A DNA stretch of 64,000 nucleotides from Lepidodermella squamata (lineage: Eukaryota; Animalia; Gastrotricha), in NCBI GenBank assembly GCA_047495785.1, contig JBLDXI010000029.1, forward strand, positions 3,348,001 to 3,412,000, given 5' to 3'. Shown in pieces: positions 36,491-48,022 of the stretch; position 1 is the stretch's first letter, and each line of letters starts with the position of its first letter. Below the pieces are notes generated by a model. That model was not told the DNA's origin. It ran no database searches and saw only the letters and a list, made by a program, of their open reading frames with translations. Both the position numbers and the translations under genes were made by a program.

Positions 36491-36820
36491 ATGATCTTAG
36501 AAAAAGCCTTATTTCAACTCCTTATCCTGACTGACAGGGTGCGATCTTGGATCATCGAGCTGCCAGGGATGGAAAAAAATTTTGGCGAATAAACGAGCGA
36601 AGCAAGAAAATTTTGAAGATTTTCCACTAAAACATGCTCCAGAACCTCTCAAAATTGACAAAATAGGGCAATAAATTCTCATTTCGTCGTCTGGCCCGGC
36701 CGAGCTGGGGGGATGACCCCCCCCCTCCCATCCACCCCTGAAAGTCGCACACTGCTGACTGAAATAGCCGTTAAAAATGCTCAATCGGCAGTTTCGAAGC
36801 CTTACCGACTTTCAGTGTTT
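36491..36820 (+). pseudogene. 5' relic of a further class C GPCR copy, interrupted by a MITE
   Basis: Removing 36535-36754 and one TSD copy restores MILEKALFQLLILTEIAVKNAQSAVSKPYRLSVF, closely matching the start of copy 3 (37742 onward); similarity then stops. Confidence 0.8.
36535..36754. mobile_element. hAT-like MITE (220 bp)
   Basis: Termini CAGGGTGCGA / TCGCACACTG (1 mismatch); perfect 8-bp TSD CTGACTGA at 36527-36534 and 36755-36762. Confidence 0.8.
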
Positions 36821-37720
36821 TCACGGCTAAAAGGACGATATCAGAATTTCTTACTTTGATAGTGAACAGTGACAGTAATTTCAGCTAGACCTGTGTTAAG
36901 GATCTTCATGGGAGTAATTTAGAATCTGAAAATACCTATGATTAAGGTATTTTAGTCAGGTGCTAAAAAATCGGCTGAAATCAGCTGGGATGATATTGGT
37001 GATTGATACCCTTTTTCGCACACGTTCTTACCAGTGATAGATGCGGAAAAGCGGGTTTCAAACTTGTTTTCGGGGTCTCCGAAAAAAGCTAAGAATAAGA
37101 AGCAACGACTAACCATTCTACCGCCCAAATACTACCACCTTGCAACAACATTCATTCGAGCTGCGATACCTACAATGCCCTACTGCCCAGTCTCAAAAGC
37201 CTCGCAAAGATCTAACATGAGATTGGCCTGAAGGACGAATATCCATCGATATAACCGGTATTCATATGGGTGTAATCCGCCACTGATTTTGCACTGATTT
37301 TGAGGGTCCTGCAGTGTGGAGCCAACCAGCCACTGCAGCCGCCAGTATCTGTACAATTTGATTGTTTTTCCGGCAGTAAATCTGTTGGTCAGAATCAGAA
37401 CACTGATCAGCCGCTCTTAAATGTAGCAATTGTAAAATGGACTTCTCAGTCGCGTTTATTGTTACGTTGTGTTACTTGAGTTGAGCAGCCTATAATGTGT
37501 AACATTTTGCCACGAATAGCTAAATCAATTAATAAATGCGTGATACTAATGATTTCACGCCTGTTAAGAGAGCCATTAATCGATAAACTTACCCCTGAGA
37601 TTTTGTAAATATATAATCTTGTTAAATCGCATGTCGGGTCTAACTAATATGACGAAAATCGCTATTTTTCTTCATAATATTTAATGGTTTGGACTTGATA
37701 TACTTGATTTTGCTCGTGAA

Positions 37721-40132
37721 ATGTACAATAATATCTCTGAAATGAATCTAGAAAAGGCCTTTTTTCACTTTCTTTTCCTTACTGAAATAGCCGTTAAAAA
37801 TGCCCAATCGGTTGTTTCGAAGCCTTATCGACTTTCAGTGTTTAGTTCCTTTCTCATAACAGGCGTAGAACCTTCAACATCACAGTGCTGCATAGCCGCC
37901 ACAAAATTCGTAGTTGAAAACATCAACAATCGAACAGACATACTACCAGATTATCATCTCGATTTGTTAGTCGAGGACGAAAAGTTCAACAATTGGATGG
38001 GGCCAAGGCTTTTCATGAAATATCTTGACGACTACGAGAAGCAAGCCTCAGATGGTCGGACATACTTGTCACCCGTCACGCTAGGTCCAATGTCGGTTTG
38101 CAACAATTATGCTCCTGCAGCTAAGGCGTTAGGATTTTCAATGTTTTCCACGAATTGCAACGGACCTCAAATCGTGAGGAATAGATGGCTGTATCCAAAT
38201 ATCTACAGCAGCCGAAGCTCAAGCGATGAGTACATGATTGCGTGGATTAAGGTGGTTAAAGAGATTGGGAACTGGAAGCAAGTCGGAATTCTCCACAGCT
38301 CGGCAAACCCTAATGATCTCGCTTACACCTTGGTCCTCGAGCGGCTTTTTGTTCAAAACGGGGTTGATGTCATCTATTCAGATGTGACAAATCTTTTCTC
38401 GGAAGAGTTTGTAATTGCTGCGAAGCAGAGCAGAGCTCGTATTTTCGCTATTGGGTCTGGGCAACTTCCTCTATGTGCAAGTCTGCTATGCTGGGCGTAC
38501 AAGCATGGCATGCGAGCTCCTCGATACGTTTTTATCCTATCATACTTTTGCTACATGCCCCCAGATACGGTGACCCAATGCCCTGTGGAACACATTATAG
38601 CTATGCTGAGAATAACTTTCTTCGTCGGATTTTTTACGAATCCTCTACGGCCATTGGACATTACAACTAGTCTCGGCTATACGGCCCGGCAGTATGACGA
38701 AGCATTTTTGAAGTATATGAACTATACACGATGCATAGACTGGGAGTATCGCCTCAACTGCCACGATTCAGCTATGACAGGTTTAATCGTCCTAGATAGG
38801 ACTGAAGCTTTTTTGAAGCGAAGCTTCAACAAAACCTTGCGTGATATCCAAAGTGATTTGAAAATGATGCCAGAAATGGTTGGTAAAATTGTCACTGAGT
38901 CTGAAATGTTTGGTGTGGTTCGAGGTTCCATTAGATACTCCTCACTAACTCGAGACCTAATCGGGGATCCCGTTTTTATAGGACATCGCTGGACTCAACA
39001 TGTATCGAAATTTTACTATACAATGGAAAGACTCGACCAGCGAATAACAGATCCTTTTAATTACTCGAATTTCGAGCTGAAAAGATTCCCGACAAATGAC
39101 ACTTTGGTTTGGTTGACAAAGTCTGGCCGGCCCCCGAAAGACCTCTCGGAAATCCAGCAGAGGAAAGTCATTTACCCACGGAAAACTATGATTGCAATGA
39201 CTGCTATTTCGGTGGCATGTATCCTTTACCTACTTATTTTAGTCGTCCGGATGGCGAGGAGAAAGAAGGTCAATGTAACCAAAAGATACTTCGACTATCC
39301 CAGCAATTCGCTCCTACTGATTGGATGCTTATTCTTGGTGATTCAGTCACTTCTAATGTCTCTAGGTAGTACTTACTTCCCAGAGGCATTGTGTAGCTGG
39401 CGGAAAGTTTTCCTTCTACTTGGCCTGGCGCTTGTAAACGGGGTGATATGCTTTCGAATGATTTTCTTGCCAAGCTTCATCCGCAAGCATGCGAAGCGGG
39501 TGAAACATCAATCAAGAAGTTCGAAGTTCATTATTAGTGGTACGGACGATTCAGTCCTTGTGACACAACGGAAACTTTATTGTTCCGCTTCGTCACGTTG
39601 CTGGGCAAGACCGGCCAATAAGCCTGAAGGAATTTCAGCTATAAATCTTTCGGCTGGAGATCGGAAATCTGTGATGGGATCTTTTCTATTGTTTTCCATC
39701 ACATTGTTTTGTGTATTCGCCTGGTCTTTGTTGCACCCTGTCAGGCTTATCTCGCGTGTTTCACCGCTACAGTTTGACGACAAAGAGGATACGTACTTTG
39801 AAGTTCAGGACAAATTTTGCTACTCGCCGTTTCAAATTTACTGGATAGCAACATTTCTTGTCATTCACATTTTCCTGCTAATTATCGGATGCTTTTTCGC
39901 GTATGAAACACGTCACTCGAGCGTAAACAAGAAGCTTGTCATGCACGTTAGATTAGCTAGATTGTCTGTTGCGAATGCTACGACCATGGTTTTGGCTACG
40001 ATTTTGCTAGTGCTTTCAGTCCCTGACGCAGGAGTTTACCTTCAGGTTACTGTGTTTAGTATTTGTTGCTTAATATACGCCGTCAGCTCAGCGACAATTT
40101 CACTATTTACTATTTTCGAAAGATGTACGTAA
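37721..40132 (+). CDS. Class C GPCR, GABA-B-type, intronless; copy 3
   Basis: 803-aa ORF, closest to copy 2; the true start may be 37742. Confidence 0.88.
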   Translation: MYNNISEMNLEKAFFHFLFLTEIAVKNAQSVVSKPYRLSVFSSFLITGVEPSTSQCCIAATKFVVENINNRTDILPDYHLDLLVEDEKFNNWMGPRLFMKYLDDYEKQASDGRTYLSPVTLGPMSVCNNYAPAAKALGFSMFSTNCNGPQIVRNRWLYPNIYSSRSSSDEYMIAWIKVVKEIGNWKQVGILHSSANPNDLAYTLVLERLFVQNGVDVIYSDVTNLFSEEFVIAAKQSRARIFAIGSGQLPLCASLLCWAYKHGMRAPRYVFILSYFCYMPPDTVTQCPVEHIIAMLRITFFVGFFTNPLRPLDITTSLGYTARQYDEAFLKYMNYTRCIDWEYRLNCHDSAMTGLIVLDRTEAFLKRSFNKTLRDIQSDLKMMPEMVGKIVTESEMFGVVRGSIRYSSLTRDLIGDPVFIGHRWTQHVSKFYYTMERLDQRITDPFNYSNFELKRFPTNDTLVWLTKSGRPPKDLSEIQQRKVIYPRKTMIAMTAISVACILYLLILVVRMARRKKVNVTKRYFDYPSNSLLLIGCLFLVIQSLLMSLGSTYFPEALCSWRKVFLLLGLALVNGVICFRMIFLPSFIRKHAKRVKHQSRSSKFIISGTDDSVLVTQRKLYCSASSRCWARPANKPEGISAINLSAGDRKSVMGSFLLFSITLFCVFAWSLLHPVRLISRVSPLQFDDKEDTYFEVQDKFCYSPFQIYWIATFLVIHIFLLIIGCFFAYETRHSSVNKKLVMHVRLARLSVANATTMVLATILLVLSVPDAGVYLQVTVFSICCLIYAVSSATISLFTIFERCT

Positions 40133-40497
40133 TTTTTTTGTAATACCGCATGGACGAAAGGTAACTCGATTGGATAATTGAATTTGAAGCAATGAACTTG
40201 AGGGATTTTTTTTTGAAAAAGCTAGAAAATTAGATAAGTATTTTTGCATACATTTTCAGACAGCCGAACCATATTTCCATCTTGCAAATCCTATTTATTC
40301 CACATTAATCAGATAATTTATCTTAAATTTTCTTCACATTGTGATAAAGCCGGTTTGAATTATGCTGATAAGAGGTTTTTATCAGGATTTTCGAGAATTC
40401 TAGAACAATTTATTACATGGGGAAAACTTTATTGGAGCCGTATCTTAAGGTAACAGTCAGTCTTCAAGATAAAGTCAAGTCGAAGGTTCACACTATT

Positions 40498-41808
40498 TTA
40501 AACTAATTGTGAGCCAAACAAAGCAATTATAGTGATTGCAACAAAACTAAAGAACTGTCCAGCTACGCCACTTGTTGTGGTAGGAATAAATGGCGTGGTT
40601 CCTTGGTCAGAAGTTGGACCAAATGCGTAGATGAAGCCATCAGAGCCCTGCGCGTAAATTACCCCGGCCGAAAACGCGTAATGACAATTGAGAAAAAATC
40701 CAGGATCAACAATACTGATAGTCGAAGCAACAGTTCCGTCATTTTTGTCGTAAATCACAAAACCAGAATACGATTGGCCGATTACATAGTCATTCAAAAC
40801 AATCGGGTTGCAAGCTGTAGGCGCGGGAGGGTCAGACGCGGCAAGGCTAATTGAGGTAATGTAATAGCCACTAGCAACGAGAAACTTCCCAAGAACAAAA
40901 TGATCACCCTTCTGGCATCTGCGGTACACAACTTCGCCATCGGTGGCATAACTGAAAAAGCTGTCGCAGATTAAGCCGTCTTCATCTGCCGTCCATTTCC
41001 AAGCTTTTTTATCGATATCAATAGCTACCATTTGAGTCTTATTCCTGGTAATTGCGATATTCCCGGTTATCATAGGCGCTTGATTTGCTGGGCTGTCTTC
41101 AAGTGGGATGTCAACACTCCACAGCTTGTTACCATTCTTCGTTACGTCGTATTCAGCGACAGCGTCGATAGTCGAGCTACTCGTCAGCCCGATCAATCGA
41201 TTATCGTTCGAAAGGGATAGGTAATAGGGCATATCGAGAGAAGCGACTCCAAATGGGGTTCTCTGCAGCCCTGTTTGAAAGTCCAGTGCGATCAATTCAC
41301 CGTTTTTCCCATCGGCTGTATAAGCGACGACTAGATCTTTCAGCCCTGTAACTGGCATTATGTCGCGAATACGACCCGGCAGTTTCTGAGACCATATGAC
41401 ACCCTCGTTCCCAGCGTCAAGGCTGATTGCGGCAAGTTGCCCGTCAAAATCTGCCAGGAACATAAGTTGATTTTCAGGCTCAATCACCTGATACGTTGCT
41501 GTCCGATTCGCCTTGATCTTGATCTGATTGATAAGAGCACCGTCTTTAGCAGCGATAATTGCCAAATCGCCGTCGCCCGTTGTAGCGTAAATTTTCTTGT
41601 TGAGGACAAAAACTCGACTAAGGCCTAGCAGGGTAGACACGGGCTTGCGAGTCCATAAAATGTCGATTTTGTTAACAGGGCCCAAGGTAAATGGCTTGAA
41701 TCCTGTATGGGCGTAATCGCCTCCCTCGTCGATCCAATCATCAACAGCCGCGTGTGCCTGGCACAGCAAAGGTATCAAGAAAATGGTAGTTGCTAGACCT
41801 AGTCTCAT
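40498..41808 (-). CDS. Secreted or GPI-anchored PQQ-like beta-propeller protein, intronless
   Basis: Signal peptide; WIDEGGDYAHTG..GP..ILW N-terminal motif; repeats such as DGQLAAISLDAG..VIW, LIALDFQTG, DGFIYAF; Thr-rich spacer and hydrophobic C-terminus. Confidence 0.75.
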   Translation of the reverse strand: MRLGLATTIFLIPLLCQAHAAVDDWIDEGGDYAHTGFKPFTLGPVNKIDILWTRKPVSTLLGLSRVFVLNKKIYATTGDGDLAIIAAKDGALINQIKIKANRTATYQVIEPENQLMFLADFDGQLAAISLDAGNEGVIWSQKLPGRIRDIMPVTGLKDLVVAYTADGKNGELIALDFQTGLQRTPFGVASLDMPYYLSLSNDNRLIGLTSSSTIDAVAEYDVTKNGNKLWSVDIPLEDSPANQAPMITGNIAITRNKTQMVAIDIDKKAWKWTADEDGLICDSFFSYATDGEVVYRRCQKGDHFVLGKFLVASGYYITSISLAASDPPAPTACNPIVLNDYVIGQSYSGFVIYDKNDGTVASTISIVDPGFFLNCHYAFSAGVIYAQGSDGFIYAFGPTSDQGTTPFIPTTTSGVAGQFFSFVAITIIALFGSQLV

Positions 41809-42371
41809 TTTTTGTCAGTCAAAAAGTTATTCTATAAACTGAAATACATAGAATCGTCGCCCGGTCTCTCAGCCTTATCAAATCTTATCTGAATAAGGCC
41901 ATCCGCTGGAAAAGGAATGATAATATGTCTGTGCTTTGATTTGTACAGCCTAGCGTAGTGCCATTTCAAGTGTGAATTGTTGCGCAAGTTATCAGCCATA
42001 TAATTGCGGAGTGATAACTAAAAGGCCAGGCAATCCTAGCGCGCTCCCCACACGCGACTCTAGTGGATGTCAAAAAAGTGTTTTTCATATTTTGATTTTG
42101 TTCGCTGAGGCATTTAGGTTTCGATGCTCGTTCAAATTTCGGATCCCATGAATTTGTTCGTTGTAGGAAGCCTATGCAGCTTTGTTTGCATATTCACCAA
42201 CGATTTTTGAATTCAGTTGGCTTTTTACCTGGCCGTTAAGGTCTCCCATGGATTTATTCAGTAACCTGTTGTATTCCACGTTTTATTCCACGTGAAAGTC
42301 TCACGACAGATCCTACTTCTGACCGACATCAGCCTTATATCGCTTATATGTCTTATGTCAACAAATTGTAA

Positions 42372-42895
42372 TCATTTTGCGTCGCCGAAGTAGGCCTGAG
42401 CAAACTGGCCCATGAGTTGAGCGTAAGGGAACGGGAATCCGATTGGCTGGAACTGGGTTGCCGGTTGACCTTGACAGGAGCCAATTGGATGCGTGACTGC
42501 CAAAATGACGTGTTCAAAAACCCAACCGCGCTGGCGGCATTCTCGTGCAATTTGACCTGGATTTTTGCACTTGAAGCACCTGAGATCAGGACAGTCGCGT
42601 GCGTAGTGGCCATATTTATGGTACATGCGGCATTTGTGTCCTCGTTTTCGCCGTCCGATTCGCTGTCCTCGTTTTCAGACACGTCCTTTCTTCTGGACAT
42701 CGCCAGTGTCCTCGTTTTCAGACACGTCGTTCTCCTCGTTTCCAGACGCCGGGGGAGCGACCGGTGGTCGAGACGGGCGAGAGGCGAATGAAACGAGTGA
42801 AATCGAGGCGGAACGAGCCGGTAGGCGAGTCGAGACGAGATTTTACGAGGTCGAAGGATTCCAAGCCGTCGACGGATGGAATCCTTCGGCTGCAT
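42372..42895 (-). pseudogene. Degenerate Gag-like double CCHC zinc-knuckle relic
   Basis: CRMYHKYGHYARDC and CFKCKNPGQIAREC each lack one metal ligand; in-frame TGA upstream; internal direct repeats tgtcctcgttttcagacacgtc (42665-42686, 42707-42728). Confidence 0.55.
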
Positions 42896-43123
42896 TTCTG
42901 CAGCGTAAAAAAAGAATAGTAGGGGTGAGACGTCAAAACTGCATAAACTTTTGACATTTTTCCTGCGGTTCTTTTCTTTCTTGTGTCAATTATACCGCTA
43001 TGTTAATAATACGTTTAATAATTATTCACATTAGCTGGTTTTATTCAGTTACTTACTGTTGCACCAATTCCTCTCTTTCACTATCTCTCGCTCTCACACA
43101 TATTCGCAACTTCAACAGCAATT

Positions 43124-43839
43124 TCAGCTTGCAAAAGGTGAAATCGTGTACGTTGCCTGATAAATCACATTGTTCCCCGGAAGTGGGCTGCAGGCTGGGA
43201 AAAGCTGGCACGTGGCTCTAATCGTGGAGTGAACAAAATTAACACACTTCGGGTTCCTGACACAGAGCGTAGCGCAATCAGCCGGATTTGCCATGGCTGC
43301 GTGGAATGACAGCTCAGGGTTCGAGCAGAAGCTGCTAGCTTTCTGGAAGTAGCTCATCGGAACACCGTCTATACGCGAAGGAAATGTAAGCATAGTTCAG
43401 TTCAACAAACAGTCTTAGCTTACTGTAACCCCCTGGGTGAGTAGCGTAGTTGGCCTTGTAGCCATCTAGATATGGAGCTCCCGGCGTTAACCTCCTATCC
43501 AAATTCATGTTTGTAACAGCTGTCGCGGCGACAAGTCTATCGTCGCACTTGGGGAACAGCATGCAGAACCCGTCGTGCTTAGTGTACGTGAAATAGAAGC
43601 ATCTGTGGTCAGCCAAGCACGCTTTCGCGCAGCCATCGGGTTGTGGTGTGAAAAGCATTTGCAAGTGTCCCTTAGCGCAACGTATCATCGTCTGCTTCGT
43701 GAAAAGGCTGAGTGGCTGAGCTAAGATACAACCGAATGATCTATATCATCTGATCAGGAATTTAGTAAAAATTCAACTTACTCTGCGCCAAGGTTACCGC
43801 TACCAGAGCCGAGGCAACGAATGTTAGCTGGAAAATCAT
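43124..43839 (-). CDS. Small secreted protein with two PAN/apple domains (paralog A), 3 exons
   Basis: Exons 43839-43782, 43720-43424, 43368-43124; signal MIFQLTFVASALVAVTLAQ; CAKACLADHRCFYFTY..C.L and CATLCVRNPKCVNF..CQL. Confidence 0.85.
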
Positions 43840-44197
43840 CGTGACGTTGGAATTAACAGAAAATTAAAATGTTGAGAATATTCGAAAAATGCTTTGAAGT
43901 GTCTTATGCCAATCGCACGAGCGGTAAATTGTTTGTTTAAACATCTGGCCATGTCTTTTTTTCTACGCCTTAAGCGAAATTTCTGAAACGCATGTGATGA
44001 CGGCGCCTTGGTGAAAGGCCAGATGTTCAAACAAACAATTTCCGCTCGTGCGATTGGCATAGAACACTTCAAAGCATTTTTTCGAATATTCTCAACATTT
44101 TAATTTTCGGTTAATTCCAACGTCACGATGATTTTCCAGCTAACATTCGTTGCCTCGGCTCTGGTAGCGGTAACCTTGGCGCAGAGTAAGTTTGAAT
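43771..44197. repeat. Large near-perfect palindrome: ~180-bp arms with a 66-bp spacer
   Basis: Arms 43771-43950 and 44017-44197 are reverse complements with few differences and contain exon 1 of both PAN genes. Confidence 0.95.
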
Positions 44198-44780
44198 CCT
44201 ATTTATACCTGTTCGGCTATTGAGTGTGGTTCGGTAACTTATAGCAAGCCCGCTCAGCGCCTTCACCATGACGCCGTCTCGCTGTAGTGTGCAGAATTTC
44301 AGATCGTATTCTGGACACAAAACGGCCGACAGTTGCGCCCAAGCCTGCCTGACTGACGCCAGATGTTTCTTTTTCCTATACTATTCGAAGTTGACGTATT
44401 GTTTGCTGTACCCCAATTGCGACAACAACCTGGTCGCTTTAGGGACGCAGGAACAATCAACAATGCTTGGCTATGAGGCAAACTACGCAACTCACCCTTT
44501 ACTTGCTACTACAACTACGGAGAAACCCGTTCAAGTCACACTTCCGATGACTTATTTCCAGGCGACTAGCAACTTCTGCTGGAATCCAGTGTTGGCAACA
44601 ATCAACGGAGTGAAAGACACAGCTGTTTGCGCTACGCATTGCTTGAAGAACACGAACTGCGTATTTTTCGCTCTCTCTGCGGATAGTGCCACGTGTCAGC
44701 TGTACCCAAGTTGCAGCCAAATCCCAGGCACCCATGTTGCTTACCAGGCAAAGTACAAGGTTTCACCTCTAGGCCGCTAA
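44128..44780 (+). CDS. Small secreted protein with two PAN/apple domains (paralog B), 2 exons
   Basis: Exons 44128-44185 and 44245-44780; signal exon identical to paralog A; CAQACLTDARCFFF..CLL and CATHCLKNTNCVFF..CQL. Confidence 0.85.
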
Positions 44781-45675
44781 AAAGGCCCATAAAATAAGCC
44801 GGGAGAGTGTGAGAGATTGAGAGTGCGAAATGGGTTGAAAAGTTGTAGAAATTGTAAATGAATAAAATCTGGAGTGTCGCCTTTTCTACTTTTTCACTTT
44901 ATCATGTCGAGATTCTAGATCAGAAAAAAATCGGACTTTTAGCTTGTGAAATCCCCTCACCTTCGACCCTGTATGTATCCTAATTCACGAATTTTCAAAA
45001 TTTATCTTAATTCATGCTCAAAAAGTGAAACTAATTCCATGGCCATGAATTCATTGTACTTCGAAAAAAGATTTACGGCGGCCAAAAGTGCCATCCTACC
45101 GAATTTGTTGCGATTTCTGTGAAGATCGAAGTTACGGTAAATATCGGAATACCTAGACCGGCGGTTTCCAGTGGTTTCTGTCTCGTTCTACAGCCCAGCT
45201 TCATAGAACAGCATAAATCGGCAAAATAGGGAATGGGCAGGATTACAACCTCGATCGGAACCTCGAATCAACAGTCAATCTTACAGGAAAGTGTTTCTGA
45301 ATTCTACTGAATTCTACACGTTGGTCAGCAATACTAGATCGAAGCCGACGACACTCGTTCCCATCCTCTTAGCTAAAATCGAAAAGTTATATTCCTCAGA
45401 ATGGCGATCAAAAAGTCATCAAAGTGAAATTACGTCCTTCCGTTCGTCCTTCCCGTCGTGGTTAAATTTGATTTACGTGTGATATTTGATATAAAGCAAC
45501 CAAGATTTTGGCAATATTTAAACTTATCTCCTCCGCTTACGTTTATTACCCGACAAGCCAAACGTGTTTAATTTGCATATTTTCGCGTAACCCGTGCAAA
45601 ATTGATAGTATTCAATTACAAGAGGCGCCAGGAGAAGAAGTTATAATTATGCTTAGTTTGTTCAAAACCATCGAA

Positions 45676-48022
45676 ATGATATTTCTCGCAACGCTAGCTC
45701 ACCTATTGCTTCTCAATGAAGCATCAAACGGCCAGCAGGCAATTCCTAAGCCATACCGTCTATCAGTGTATAGCTCTTTCATGATGACTGGGCTTGAGCC
45801 TTCGACCTCGCAATGCTGCGTCTCTGCTACAAAATACGTTGTAGATAATGTGAATAGCCGGTCGGACATTCTACCCGACTATCACCTCGATCTTTCAATC
45901 GACGACGAAAAGCTCAATGGATGGATGGGGCCGAGGCTTTTCATGAAATACCTGGAAAACTACGAAAAGCAAGCAGCGGATGGCCGGACCTATCTATCTC
46001 CAGTTATGCTAGGCCCGATGGGGGTTTGTAACAACTTCGCTTTAGCCGCTAGGACATTGGGATTCACAATGTTTTCGTCGGGTTGTAGCGGCTCGCAAAT
46101 CTCGTGGAAAAGATGGTTATACCCGAATGTCTTCAGCATCCGTAGTCCAGGCGATGAGTACGCGATGGCGTGGATTAAGGTGGTTAAAGAGGTCGGGAAA
46201 TGGAAACAAATCGGAATCCTCCACGGCTCAGCGAACCCCAGCGATCTCGCTTCAACTTTACTCCTCGAAAGACTCTTCGTCCAGCATGGTGTTGATGTGA
46301 TCCACTCAGATGTAGCGAACGGGTACACCGAGGATTTTGTAATCGCTGCCAAGAAAAGTAAAGCCCGAGTTTTCATCATTGGAGCTTCGCAACTAGGGTC
46401 ATGTATTAACTTACTACTAGAATTACTCTCTACGTTGGATTTTTCACAAACCCAGCCAGGCCGATGGATGTACAAACAAGTTTAGGCTACACAGCTCGAC
46501 AATACGATGAGGCCTTTCTGAGATACGTCAACTATACAAAATGCTTAGATTGGGAATTCCGACTCAACTGCCACGATTCTGCTATGACTGGATTGATCGC
46601 CCTAAATAGGACTGAAACATATTTGAGGCAAAATTTCAACAAAACCATTCGGGATTTCAAAAACGATCCAGCTTTTATCACGCGTTTAATTGGAGCCAGT
46701 GTTACCGAGTCTGAGATGATTGGGGTAATCCGGGGCCCAATAAGGTATTCGAGCTCACAAGACCTTATCGGCGATGCTGTATTCGTGGCACATCGCTGGT
46801 CTCAGAATTTAACAAAATTTTATTACAAGCTAGAGAGAGTCGATCCGTCAATAATCTCGTACTACAACTACTCGAACTTCGAATTGAAAAGATTCCCCTC
46901 AAATGACACTTTGATTTGGCTGACGAAGTCTGGCAGACCTCCGAAAGATTTATCTGAGATCCACATAAGAACGATCATCTATCCGAAGAGAGCTATGGTA
47001 GCAGTCTCGGTGATATCAGGAATCTGCGCCCTTTATCTACTAATACTCGGCATGCTTCTGATCAACAGGAATCTTAAGGCGGTGAACTGTTACTTCGATT
47101 CGCGGAACAACATGATTCTGTTAGCTGGGTGTATTTTTATGGTAATTCAGTCGCTATTAATGGCTCTTGGTAATACTTACTTCCAAGAGGAATTATGTAA
47201 CTGGCGGAAGGTTTTCCTAATGCTTGGCCTGGCTCTTGTAAATGGGGTGCTATGCTTCCGAATGATTTTCTTGCCAAGTTTCATTCGACAACATGCAAAT
47301 AACTTGAAGTATCAATCAAGCGGGGCGAGACTATCGATTTTCAGAGCTGATACCGCGATGCAACCTGTTACTAGGACGAATTCGTTCGCGCCTCTCACTA
47401 AGACTAATTCCTTAGCCCCACTTGTCAAGACGAATTCGTTAGCTCCTCTTGCGAAAACTCCAAGTTTACGTACAAATTCAGCATTAAGGAGGCTCAGTTC
47501 AATCATACCTGAGGGGATCATGAACATCATCAAACTGCAAGAGAGCCAGAAAGTTCAATATGGAACTTCTTTAATCTTCGTCATTTCACTCATTGGCGTG
47601 ATCGTTTGGTCTTGTGCGCATCCCGTCCAGCTAATCACGCGCGTTTCGCCGCTACAGTTCGACGAGGAGGAGGATTCGTATTTTGAGATTCGAGACGAAT
47701 TCTGCTACTCGCCGTATCAAATCTATTGGATAGCTGCGTACCTTGTCATACACATTTTCCTGCTAATTATCGGGTGTATTTTCGCCTACGAAACACGTAA
47801 AGCTGATGTTAACAAGGAGTTTGAGATGCACGTTAGATTAGCTAGATTGTCTGTTGTTAATGCTACTACCATGGTTTTGGCGACGATTTTGCTGGTGTTC
47901 TCGGTTCCAGGAGCTGGGGTATACTTGCAAGTAACAGTTTTCTGTTTCTCCGCCTAATCTATGCTGTAAGCTCTGCGACCATTTCGCTTTATCCTGTATT
48001 CAAAAAATGTGAGAGTGTTTAG
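45676..48022 (+). pseudogene. Class C GPCR copy 4, disrupted
   Basis: A frameshifting deletion of about 39 codons near 46418 removes CWAYKHGM...IIAML. A second 1-nt deletion near 47951 leaves the TM7 end (LIYAVSSATISLYPVFKKCESV*) in another frame, ending at 48022. Confidence 0.85.

Noticed and set aside
29204-41808. Bacterial contamination or chimeric contig for the amidase and PQQ-like genes
   Set aside because: The amidase has a spliceosomal intron, and both genes are embedded among animal genes of similar composition.
42417-42957. Several overlapping ORFs on both strands
   Set aside because: Expected from a GC-rich low-complexity relic; only the zinc-knuckle frame has recognisable content.
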